A stretch of 40,496 bases of DNA from positions 55,887,536-55,928,031 of the forward strand of contig NC_068982.1 in NCBI RefSeq assembly GCF_001194135.2, given 5' to 3'. Made by a program: the position numbers and the translations under genes. Of this stretch, positions 22,876-34,014 are shown one piece after another; within the stretch, counting starts at the first letter, position 1, and each line of letters starts with the position of its first letter. Source of the DNA: Octopus bimaculoides. Lineage: Eukaryota. Under the pieces are notes generated by a model, which searched no databases, had not been told where the DNA came from, and saw nothing but the letters and a program-made list of their open reading frames with translations.

Positions 22876-22897
22876 CAGGCGGGGCTGTGTGACACAA

Positions 22898-23070
22898 GCA
22901 TAGGCGGAGCTGTGTTGTAAGAAGCTTGCTTCCAAACAACATACTCCCCGGATTTAGTCCCACTATGTGGCATCTCGGGTATGTGTCTTCTACTATAGTT
23001 TGAGCCGACCAAAGCGTTGTGAGTGGATTTGGTAGACGGAAACTGAAAGAAGCCAGTCGTATATATATAT
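22898..23070 (+). mobile_element. SINE family B, 5' half, head-to-head with previous copy
   Basis: GGCGGAGCTGTGTTGTAAGAAGCTTGC...GACCAAAGCGTTGTGAGTGGATTTGGTAGACGGAAACTG, then (TA)n and gap. Confidence 0.85.
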
Positions 23071-23680
23071 NNNNNNNNNNNNNNNNNNNNNNNNNNNNNN
23101 NNNNNNNNNNNNNNNNNNNNNNNNNNNNNNNNNNNNNNNNNNNNNNNNNNNNNNNNNNNNNNNNNNNNNNNNNNNNNNNNNNNNNNNNNNNNNNNNNNNN
23201 NNNNNNNNNNNNNNNNNNNNNNNNNNNNNNNNNNNNNNNNNNNNNNNNNNNNNNNNNNNNNNNNNNNNNNNNNNNNNNNNNNNNNNNNNNNNNNNNNNNN
23301 NNNNNNNNNNNNNNNNNNNNNNNNNNNNNNNNNNNNNNNNNNNNNNNNNNNNNNNNNNNNNNNNNNNNNNNNNNNNNNNNNNNNNNNNNNNNNNNNNNNN
23401 NNNNNNNNNNNNNNNNNNNNNNNNNNNNNNNNNNNNNNNNNNNNNNNNNNNNNNNNNNNNNNNNNNNNNNNNNNNNNNNNNNNNNNNNNNNNNNNNNNNN
23501 NNNNNNNNNNNNNNNNNNNNNNNNNNNNNNNNNNNNNNNNNNNNNNNNNNNNNNNNNNNNNNNNNNNNNNNNNNNNNNNNNNNNNNNNNNNNNNNNNNNN
23601 NNNNNNNNNNNNNNNNNNNNNNNNNNNNNNNNNNNNNNNNNNTTTGAACCCATGTTGCAAGTTGAAATGTATATCTAGAG

Positions 23681-23743
<63 letters not shown>

Positions 23744-24059
23744 TCCTATTTGCTTGTAACTGATAGAGTGATAGAATGACCAGTATGAAAGCGTAGTTTG
23801 ATCAACACCAGCTGCTACTCATTATCCATAAACATTTCTGTTAGAAACTTGGATCTCTGTCCTAGGAAGGGACATAAATATATGTGCTTTGATTTGTCAT
23901 CGGCCCTCGACTTATTGATGGATATGTAGGCGAGTCGTTGTTGACATACGCCACGTCTTAGCACTTTAATTCTTAGGAGGTTCATCCCTCTCCAGCAAAT
24001 TTCTATTGGAAAGAAAGACAGATATATTTAGAAAAAGGAGAAATGAATTACTGAAAAGA

Positions 24060-24150
24060 CAAGGCTACTACTTTATTTATCAACCCCCAAAAGAACGAAA
24101 GGTAAATCTGACCTCGGCGAGATTTGAATTCAAAGCGTGGAGATCCGGAA
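24060..24150 (-). mobile_element. SINE family A remnant
   Basis: TTTATCAACCCCCAAAAGAACGAAAGGTAAATCTGACCTCGGCGAGATTTGAATTC. Confidence 0.55.
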
Positions 24151-25132
24151 CGATTAACGCAAGTCAGTCTCTTGCAACTCTCTTACAATTTGTTACTTAT
24201 ATGCAAGTTTATTTGAATGTAAAGTTTGAATTTAACATTTGTGTTTTTGGTGAGTTAAAGGTTTGTGGAGGATTTACTTACATAGTTAAATTTTCTAAAT
24301 AATAATCAGATAACATCGGGAACAATTAACTCCAAGTTAGAAAGAGAGACCGTGAACTAACTCGTTTTTGATCAACTAACCTTTCCACCTGTCTATATAC
24401 TCTTGCGAATCTTAAAGAACGGGTTAAACAGATTTCTATATTTAAAACACCATGACAAAATATATAAATTTAATAATAAACTTTATTACAAGTTCTTTCA
24501 TACCTGAGTGAACTCTGAACAATAACCTCTACCTTCCCAATCAAACAAGTTAAAGCCCCTAAGTAATATTCAAATGACACCAACAAGAAAAGAAATTTGC
24601 CAACCAACCAACTTTTCCACCTACTTATATTTTCGTGTAAAACTTAGAAAAAAAACAAAACAACCAAATTTCTATAGTAAAAAAATCTATGACCTAAAGC
24701 TGACATAACTAAATAAACACAACATAATTACTGGCATAATATACTGGCAAATCTTACATGCTGAACTGAACTCTGACCAATAAACTACTCTTTCCCAGAT
24801 GAACAGATTAAATGTCCGGTCAGTGTACAAATGATATCACCAGCAACAACTAAACCTAGTCACACATCTGCTGACCAATATTTTTTTGTGAATCCTAAAA
24901 AACAACCCCAATACCTGAAGCTAACGCACCTAAGCATATACACCCGATTATAAAGTTTTACGTGCATGACTGAACGTTGGGCAGCTACACAACTCTAACT
25001 TTTATGAATAAAAATCATTCTATAATATCTTTCTATCAGAATTCACCCTATAATCTAATTGTCGTCCCTCAGTGCTCCACTTACTCCAGAAAAAGAAGAG
25101 TCTATATAAAGCCAAGATAAACTCAGATATTC

Positions 25133-25180
25133 CACAGTCCGATGAAGGCTAAGCTGGTCGAAACTTCGAAGTCACTTGTG
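25133..25180 (+). ncRNA. Degenerate type I hammerhead motif (Penelope-like)
   Basis: Stem I CACAGT/ACT(T)GTG; core CCGATGA; weak stem II; GAAAC-TTCGAA-GTC with perfect palindrome ACTTCGAAGT. Confidence 0.5.
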
Positions 25181-25199
25181 AACACTATTCTTGTAAAAG

Positions 25200-25366
25200 A
25201 ATGGCGTGACTGTGTGGTAAGAAGCTTGCTTCTCAACCACATGGTTTCGGGTTCAGTGCTATTGCGAGATACTTTGGACAAGTGCCTTCTACTATAGCCT
25301 CGGGCCGATCAAAGCCTTGTGAGTGGATTTAGTAGACGGAAACTGAAAGAAACTAGTCGAATATAT

Positions 25367-25399
<33 letters not shown>

Positions 25400-25715
25400 N
25401 NNNNNNNNNNNNNNNNNNNNNNNNNNNNNNNNNNNNNNNNNNNNNNNNNNNNNNNNNNNNNNNNNNNNNNNNNNNNNNNNNNNNNNNNNNNNNNNNNNNN
25501 NNGTGTTTGTGATTGTCCTTCCACCATCACTTGACAACCGATTTTGGTGTGCTTACATTGTTTACATCTCCGTAACTTAGCGGTTCGGCAAAAGAAACCG
25601 ATAGAATAAGTACTAGGCTTACAAAGAATAAGTCCTGGGGTCGATTTCTTCGACTAAAACCATTTTCAGGCAATGCTCCAGTATGGCCGTATTCAATTGA
25701 CTGACACAAGTAAAT
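25200..25715 (+). mobile_element. SINE family B, full length, spanning an internal gap
   Basis: Head at 25200, (TA)n, gap 25400-25502, then the 3' half and tail. Confidence 0.85.
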
Positions 25716-25870
25716 AATAATGACAAATACACTATACGTATTGTTAACTGTTTATTATATGTATTGGTCCTTTCTAACCACTTAGACCCTCTGAAGAAGC
25801 CTTGAGGCACACTCATCATCCAAACTTTATCTGCCCATCCCTACAGAAAACTGAAGATATTGAAAAGAAC

Positions 25871-25938
25871 AATCGTACTGATGAGCTACGGACTATTACG
25901 TAAATAATTTTCATTAATAGCGAAACCGGTCTACGATT
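25871..25938 (+). ncRNA. Type I hammerhead ribozyme, intact core
   Basis: Stem I AATCGTA(25871-77)/TACGATT(25932-38) is a perfect 7 bp. CTGATGA 25878-84; stem II GCTA/TAGC with a 29-nt loop; GAAAC 25922-26; CG; GTC cleavage triplet 25929-31; palindromic ACCGGT stem III. Confidence 0.8.
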
Positions 25939-25987
25939 AATTCTTTATATTTTGTATATTTTCATTTGTCTTGCTCGCTTATGTTCT

Positions 25988-26197
25988 GGTGTTTGCTGAA
26001 TTTTCTTGAGAACAATCTTTTCTTAGTGGTCAGATCGTAGGTGATCTACTTCTAGCATAATGGGTGTCCACTTAGTGGTTATCCCTCTTATATGTATGTA
26101 ATATAATTTTTCTGAATCTTCAGATTTTTTCAATATGCTAGGCCACTGGTTTTTAAATTGATATTAATCAAATTAATATTCAATTTATCACCCTTAT
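25988..26197 (+). mobile_element. About 210-bp dispersed repeat (probable MITE), copy 1
   Basis: Colinear reverse-complement match to 32107-32315. Confidence 0.75.
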
Positions 26198-26339
26198 NNN
26201 NNNNNNNNNNNNNNNNNNNNNNNNNNNNNNNNNNNNNNNNNNNNNNNNNNNNNNNNNNNNNNNNNNNNNNNNNNNNNNNNNNNNNNNNNNNNNNNNNNNN
26301 NNNNNTATATATATATATATATTGTTGGAATCATAAGAA

Positions 26340-26534
26340 TTTTATAAACTTCCGAGAGAACATGAACTAACTCGTTTTTGAATATGTCGAAGTACACACA
26401 ATGCTGTAATAAATAGTATGCAAATATTGTGTTGAAACGCACTTTTGTATATAAAAAAAGGTCGAAGGCTGCTCGTGAGACTCGAACTGATATCTCCTGA
26501 AAACGTGACATGCATTCTGCCATTGAACCAAAGC
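26340..26534 (-). mobile_element. tRNA-headed SINE-like element (family E, single copy)
   Basis: The minus strand reads TGGTTCAATGGCAGAATG (A-box-like) ... AGTTCGAGTCTC (B-box-like). The downstream motif GAACTAACTCGTTTTTGA is also seen near 24355. Confidence 0.45.
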
Positions 26535-26849
26535 AATCCTCCGAATTTCTCTATAAATTTTAGAAACTTTTCGCCCTCATGTGTCGCTCCCCGCCATTTC
26601 CATCATTGACAATGCTTATGTTAGTAAAAATAACCACTATTTTTTATACAATTTCTTTTTATACAAAAGATTAGCGAAACGCTGTCACCTGTTCAATGAC
26701 AAATACATTAAATCTGAAAATTTTTAGGAAAAGATCTTTTTCCTACAGACAATACCTCAGATAGCCACTTGTGAGTCGCGACATATCTGTTACTGATCCT
26801 GATATGAGATTATATCGTCGAATGATATAAGATTATATCGTTGAATGTG

Positions 26850-26990
26850 TCCTTTTTTAAAGGCTGTAGTGTGTGATTTGAACGAGATTTAGTTGATATT
26901 TCATATTGATTGTAACTATTTAAGACCAGATCAGTCCTACTCGAATTAGTGAGATCATGATCAAAGCACATCTCGCATAGGCCATTCGCC
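26850..26990 (-). mobile_element. Family D fragments
   Basis: The reverse complement gives CAACTAAATCTCGTTCAAATCACACACTACAGCC and ATGGCCTATG...CTTTGATCATGATC. Confidence 0.45.
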
Positions 26991-27559
26991 TTTTATTTTA
27001 TGTCATTCTTGTCAAGCAAAACTTTATATAAGATTATAATATTCATCGTATATTTTCTTTTCTCTTTTGTTTCTTTTTTAAAAGTAACTTGGGATTTGAG
27101 GGAGGTTTGCTTACTCTTTCTAGCAGGGGTAGTAATTGCGTTGACACTCCAGAGATTTCGTTCACAAAGGATATAACTGACAGAGAGAAATTTCTCTTGA
27201 CGTTGCTAAGCATTGGAAAGGATTGAAACCGATAGGATGACAAAAAGAAGATAGAACGAGCGAGCGAGGGAGAGTGAGAGAGAAAGAAAGAGAGATAGAG
27301 AGAGTGTGTGGGAGGGGGAGGAGGGGAGAGAGGGGGAGAAAGAAAACAGAAAGAGTAGTGGGAAATAGTAACGTTGGAAATAAATGATATGGAAATGAAA
27401 GTGACAAGAAACATAGAAGGAAAATAAACAGAAAAAAAAACAAAGATTATGAAATATTGAAAAGATGACAAGTTTTCCTAAAAAATATTCCTTTTCGAAA
27501 TGTCAAAGCACAGATTGCAAATGTCAGTATCATTATTGATAGGATATAGCCACATATTT

Positions 27560-28095
27560 CGATATCTGCGTGGAAACTGATGATCATCAAAATTATAAGC
27601 TCAAAACTTTCTTCTGGTAGTTAGGAGCGCTTAGAGAAACCCCTCATCGAATGACAGCTTTGCATTCTCGGAGAAACAATATGTAATTATAACAATAGAC
27701 TATACTATAGAAGCAAGCAGACCAGATATTATTATAGAGGACAAAAGAAACATACAGAGTAAGCTCATAAATTTTGCAATACTGTATGATAATAGTGATA
27801 TCAAAGAAGTAAAAAACTGTAAAACATCAGGACCTCACCAGAGATATTGTGGAAGACTAAAACAACAATGATTTCTGTGGTAATAGCTTCAGTTTGCGCA
27901 AAAGCCAAACAGCTACCTGAGAGGCTAGAGGATATTCGGATTCAAACTTGCGGTGTCGATCTACATAAAAGTGCAATCTTATATTCTGCTATAATACTAA
28001 GAAACATTCATCAGATTTGAGGAGACTTGTTGTCACCAAACCTCATTATAACATCCTTGCTAATTAAATTAGCAAGTCATAGCTTTGGAATGATA
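27560..28095 (+). mobile_element. R4/Dong-type RLE LINE 3' end, copy 3 (most decayed)
   Basis: TIDYTIEASRPDIIIEDKR...KLINFAILYD...ISVVI...DLHKSAILYSAIILRNIHQI*, followed by (GAT)(AAT)n. Confidence 0.7.
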
Positions 28096-28127
28096 TTGAT
28101 GATGATGACGATAATAATAATAATAAT

Positions 28128-29275
28128 GATGACTTGATGTTAAAACTTGTTTTAAAGCATGAAAACAAGAAAGCATCATACTCAATAACAAAACAGGCAA
28201 AGGAATATCTAAGTGAATTCCAAATACAACACATTCCAGAATTAGACGTACTGGAAACAAGCACAGAAAAAGCTAACCGTTTGAAAACCCGTGCTAAAAC
28301 TGCTGCTTTAGATATTCTTACTGATAAATGGCAAGAAAAACTTCTCAATGAGAAATAGCTAAAGAGAACTAATAATGCCGATGTTGACAAAGCCCTTACA
28401 CATCAATGGTTAGTATCTTCTGGTTTAAAATCAGAAACAGAAGGGTTTATCATAGCAGCCCAAGATCAATGCCTACTTACAAGGAGCTACCAGGCCAACA
28501 TATTAAAGAACGGCAGTAGCTCATGTCGTTTATATAAACAACAAAATGAAACCATTGATCATATTGTCTCTATGAGCAGTCTTCTTGTGCCTACAGAGTA
28601 TCTCAACAGGCATGATAGAGCAGCACAGCATATTCACTGGGTAATTTGCCAAAATATGGACTTGCCCCATGATAAAAAGTGATGGGAACATAAACCATCT
28701 CCAGTACTTGAAAATGATCACATCTCACTCCTCTAAAACTTCACCGTTCAAACTGACAGAAAGATAGATGCAAATAGGCCAGACATTATATTGAAAGACT
28801 TCAGACAAAAATCATGCCTCCTCATTGATATGACTGTCCCAATCGACATAAATGTATCTGTCAGGACCTAACAAAAAACTGAGCAAGTATAAAGATCTTG
28901 AAATAGAAATTAGCAAAATGTGGAACCTCAAGACTAAAACAATACCTGTTGTCATAAGTGCTCTCGGAATGATAGCAAAAGGGGCTGATTCCTACCTAGC
29001 TCAGATACCAAGAAACCCCAAAATGGCAGAAATTCAAAAGATAGTGCTCATGGGAACTGCCCATATCCTACATAAAATACTATCTATGTAGTCTCAAATT
29101 TTAAAACAGACTTATAATTTTCTTGTTTTCTTAAACATTTTCTAGACACCCTAGGCATAACACCAAATTGAACTTCTAACTTGTTGTCTTTTGAGGTCTC
29201 TGGGTGAGACTTGGAGTCAACTTGTACAAATATAAAGCAAAAGTCAAACATATAATTAATATGTTTAATAATAAT
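28128..29275 (+). mobile_element. R4/Dong-type RLE LINE, 5'-truncated copy 4
   Basis: KWQEK...QWLVSSGLKSETEGFIIAAQDQCL...CRL...ETIDHIVS...RHDRAAQHIHW...NRPDIIL...LIDMTVP...KLSKYKDLEIEISKMW...GTAHILHKILSM* (29091), then 3' UTR and (AAT)n tail to 29340. Confidence 0.9.
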
Positions 29276-29287
29276 ATTATTATTATT

Positions 29288-29340
<53 letters not shown>

Positions 29341-29341
<1 letters not shown>

Positions 29342-29880
29342 CTTTTATTTTCCCGCTTGGCCGAAATAATTCAGGACAGTATTCTCCTCTGTATTCTTTA
29401 GTTTACAAGTACATGCTTAGAGTTGGTTCGTTCACTCGGGGCTCATTATCACTACATTCATCCATCTTTTTACAAATTTACAGGGTGGAGGGTGGGAGCA
29501 GCTCATCGCTCTCCTCCCTCACATGTGGAACTTGAAAAAATCGACGAGGGCTTGACCAAAAAAGAAAGTGTTTCTCTTCAGCTATTTCAGTTTCGTCTTC
29601 CAAACGACCTCTTTTGCCAGAGATATAAAAAGGGGAAAAAATTGCCTGCCCTTCCAAAGGAAGGTGATGGAGCGTTCTTCACGATAGGATCGGCCGATAG
29701 TCGGATCCCTTCTAAACAGGATAGCATAAGTCAGCAATGCTAGAGCACTATCCTGGCTAAGTCAGCGATTTCTGGAAATTATCCATGGAGTCCGACCCGA
29801 GTATCTTCCAGAAATGAACAACTAGTCAATTATCATCGACGCTAAAAATTTCTCCGAAGAAATTTCCATTTAAGCTCAAA
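29341..29880 (-). pseudogene. Tx1/L1-type ORF2 C-terminal fragment with 3' end
   Basis: Minus-strand frames give MDNFQKSLT*, CSSIADL, IRLSADPIVKNAPSPSFG, then LAKEVVWKTKLK*LKRNTFFFGQALVDFFKFHM...FVKRWMNV. Ends ...GGCCAAGCGGGAAAATAAAAG at the (TTA)n tract. Confidence 0.65.
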
Positions 29881-30216
29881 TATGGTTTGCTGTTATTATG
29901 CGTTTACCAACAATATACCCAAACATGCGAACGTTGTTTGTAAGTCGTGGAATCAGAGTAGAACATGAAAGAAACTCGTAACAAACAGACACTGCGAACC
30001 TGTTTCAATATCTGCTTAATGTACTGGATAGCTTAATACTATTCATTGATATGTTCTCACAATAGATTTTTGCATCCGTGTAGCTATTCAGTCATAACTC
30101 TAGCTGTTGTCTGTGCACTGAAGAAAATGTAGATTGAGCAGCACAAGTTATCCGGTTTCGATTCATGGCTATTTACTGTTCTAATACTTTTGGAAAGTGT
30201 AAGAAAATTAGTATAT

Positions 30217-30275
30217 ATTGGTGCACCAGCATGATCGCAGCCACTTGGCTGAAACACATAAATAAATAAATAAAT
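30217..30275 (+). mobile_element. SINE family B tail remnant
   Basis: GGTGCACCAGCATGATCGCAGCCACTTGGCTGAAACACATAAAT. Confidence 0.55.
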
Positions 30276-32106
30276 ATATATATATATATATATATAACTC
30301 TCTGTAAGCACCAGTTTCAGACAGAAAAGAGCAACACATGTTGACTTTCTGCTTAAAATTTCTAATATCACTTACATTAAAATCTTAGCAATTAATTCAT
30401 TATTATTTATTAGACTTTAAATTTTATTTTACGCGGTTTCATGCCTAATTAAGAAAACGTTGACAGATATGTTTCCATATGGCAAACATATGTCTGTTGA
30501 TGACTTCCATATAAATTTCCGGAATCCGATTGATACCTACCTAACTGCTAGATTGAAGAGGTAACATTAATTTCACTGTAAGGACGTCAGCACATAATAA
30601 GTCTTATAATAAGTAGTTTGAGAGCATTATATTCCATCATAAATTTAAAGCTTACATAATATTATCTGCATATGTATGAGATATATATCCGTGTCTCTGT
30701 GTATTTATAAATGCATTTACCCAGCTCTGTGCTTACATTTGCGCCCGACTATTTTTGTTGAATATGTATACGTAAGAAGAGAAAAGTAAAACGAATAGGT
30801 CGATTCAGATAGTGAGAGGTGAATAAGAACGAGTGTCGTTTTTCTTCAAGCGGCCAAATAATAAACTTTTTAATTGATCCAACATGTAATAGTGATGTTC
30901 ACATGCATATAGTTAGCTTCTTAATAATGTTGGCGAATAGATGTAATAAGAGAGAAAAATAAAGTCTCTTATCAATTATGAAATCAACAAACATATCTTT
31001 TATAGGTTGATACCGAAATTTCATATTTTGTAATTGTAAACAGATGCTGTTTACTAGATTTAAAGCGCCATTCTAACTTCTTTCTTTATTTATATAATTA
31101 AATCGTAGCATATAATCGCTTAATGTTGTCACACACACCAATGATATAAGGGGCATGTTTGTTGTACTGATGTTATTGTATTTATTCATGAACTTTTTGG
31201 AGCGTGATATTTCAGTTAAGATCTTGAAAATAATCTTCAGTTAAGTTAGTGTTAACATATTTAATGTGACGAATAACAAGAATCTAATTGGAAATAGTTA
31301 TTTGGTGTGAAAATAAGACTAAAAGACTTCGTTTGCTGTTTCACTTATGTAATTTTAGAGCAAATTAGATTTCAGTTGTTTTTACTGTCTAGTTCAGGTC
31401 ATTCATTTCTCGTGTCGTAGACATGTAATCAAAAGTGTTATAACTGCAACCTATATTTCATATTTTATTCATGGCGACACACTGTATCTTGGACTACCTT
31501 ACGTTAGGTAATTCTCCCAATTTATCAAAGACGCTCGGGTATGAAATAAAAGAAAGCAGATGAGTCTCTTTCCTCTTAACTGACATTTCTAGCAGAAAGC
31601 TTTCATTGGCTAAAAATAAGTTAGTTGTTTAATTACAAAGTATATATATTTTTCATGCGGTGAGAAAAGCCATACAGATATTTTATATAGGTGCATGAAG
31701 CTACTGAATAAAATTATCAAATTTATAAAGCATATACATGGGTTACATAGAACGAAAGTAGTTCAAGTATTCTTGTTAAATCAAGTAAAATATTTGAAAT
31801 TGTCACGCTGCATAAAAAAAAGGTTGGTTGTTCGTAGGTTGTACAATGACATGATTGTAAATAGCATTTATGTGTCACCTTGACAAATTCCACAAAGCAA
31901 TTTCTAAACAGTCCACCGACACAAGCATGTGTCTATCTAAACATTAACTCCTAGCTAAAACGCTCAATGAAAATATTTTAGCAGAAGATACACACACACA
32001 CACACACACACACATTGCAATGCCGAAAAACTGGCTCACTAGCCAGCATTATTAGACGGTGGCATTATTATGTATATAAATAAATATAAATATATAAATT
32101 TTAATA

Positions 32107-32322
32107 ATAAGGGTGAAAAATTTAATATTAATTTGATTAATATCAACTTAAAACCAGTGACCTAGCAAATTGAAAAAATTCGAAGATTCATAAAAATTAT
32201 ATTACATACATATAAGAAGGATGACCATTAAGTGGCCATCCCTTTTGCTAGAAGTAGACCACCTATGGTCTGACCACTAAGAAAAGATTGTTCTCAAGAA
32301 AATTCAGCAAACACCCCCTTAT
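32107..32322 (-). mobile_element. About 215-bp dispersed repeat (probable MITE), copy 2
   Basis: Inverted relative to 25988-26197. Its own ends ATAAGGGTG... and ...CACCCCCTTAT form short imperfect TIRs. Confidence 0.7.
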
Positions 32323-32326
32323 ATGT

Positions 32327-32357
<31 letters not shown>

Positions 32358-33226
32358 NNNNNNNNNNNNNNNNNNNNNNNNNNNNNNNNNNNNNNNNNNN
32401 NNNNNNNNNNNNNNNNNNNNNNNNNNNNNNNNNNNNNNNNNNNNNNNNNNNNNNNNNNNNNNNNNNNNNNNNNNNNNNNNNNNNNNNNNNNNNNNNNNNN
32501 NNNNNNNNNNNNNNNNNNNNNNNNNNNNNNNNNNNNNNNNNNNNNNNNNNNNNNNNNNNNNNNNNNNNNNNNNNNNNNNNNNNNNNNNNNNNNNNNNNNN
32601 NNNNNNNNNNNNNNNNNNNNNNNNNNNNNNNNNNNNNNNNNNNNNNNNNNNNNNNNNNNNNNNNNNNNNNNNNNNNNNNNNNNNNNNNNNNNNNNNNNNN
32701 NNNNNNNNNNNNNNNNNNNNNNNNNNNNNNNNNNNNNNNNNNNNNNNNNNNNNNNNNNNNNNNNNNNNNNNNNNNNNNNNNNNNNNNNNNNNNNNNNNNN
32801 NNNNNNNNNNNNNNNNNNNNNNNNNNNNNNNNNNNNNNNNNNNNNNNNNNNNNNNNNNNNNNNNNNNNNNNNNNNNNNNNNNNNNNNNNNNNNNNNNNNN
32901 NNNNNNNNNNNNNNNNNNNNNNNNNNNNNNNNNNNNNNNNNNNNNNNNNNNNNNNNNNNNNNNNNNNNNNNNNNNNNNNNNNNNNNNNNNNNNNNNNNNN
33001 NNNNNNNNNNNNNNNNNNNNNNNNNNNNNNNNNNNNNNNNNNNNNNNNNNNNNNNNNNNNNNNNNNNNNNNNNNNNNNNNNNNNNNNNNNNNNNNNNNNN
33101 NNNNNNNNNNNNNNNNNGGGGGGGGGTTAAATGAAGCATCTTCTGACCTTGTAGAGAAAGACTTGACGTTGGTATGCGATCCTAAATATTTTAAGAATAT
33201 ATTTTCGACAGGATAAATCCACGGTA

Positions 33227-33453
33227 ATATTGGTTTCAAATCTCGGCACAAGGCCAGCAATTATGAGTAGTGGGAGAGTCGATTATATCGACCCCAGTGT
33301 ACAACTGATACTTATTTTGTCGACCCCGAGAGGATGAAAGCTAAAGTCGATTTCGGCGGAATTTGAACTCAGAACGTAAAGACGGATGAAATGCCGCTAA
33401 CGATTCTGCCAGCTCACGATTCTGCCAGCTAACGATTCTGCCAGCTCACCGCC
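33227..33453 (-). mobile_element. SINE family A with triplicated head segment
   Basis: Core and tail intact. ACGATTCTGCCAGCT occurs at 33400, 33416 and 33432. Confidence 0.85.
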
Positions 33454-33779
33454 TTAAATCTATGGCAATATTAAGACCTAACAATACGTTTATATCACTA
33501 TAACACTTTTTTTTATTGTCCTTTCAATTTTCTAGAATATGCTTTGCCAATCAACCTCATTGAGTGCAATTAACCAAGTCGAGTATTAGGGATAACCCAA
33601 TAGAAAGTTACACTGAAATCCATATCATTGATTAACTCTAGCAATTAGTATTACAATATAATTATCACTGGTTATGTCAAGGTGTCGGTTTCTAAAAAGA
33701 ATGAAATATTGCAATACACGATTACCATAACTAGAAATTGTAAGAACTTTGCAATAAGTAGGCAAATAAGTAAAGAAAT

Positions 33780-33954
33780 AGTGACTGTGTGGTAAGTAGC
33801 TTGCTTACCAACCACATGGTTTCGGGTTCAGTGCCACTGCGTGGCATCTTGGGCAAGTGTCTTCTACTATAGCCTCGGGCTGACCAAAGCCTTGTGAGTG
33901 GATTTGGTAGACGGAAACTGAAAGAAGCCCGTCGTATATATGTATATATATATG

Positions 33955-34014
<60 letters not shown>

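Noticed and set aside
29423-29743. 106-aa plus-strand ORF with an acceptor-like TTTACAG
   Set aside because: The opposite strand carries recognisable Tx1 ORF2 C-terminal motifs; the plus frame resembles nothing I know.
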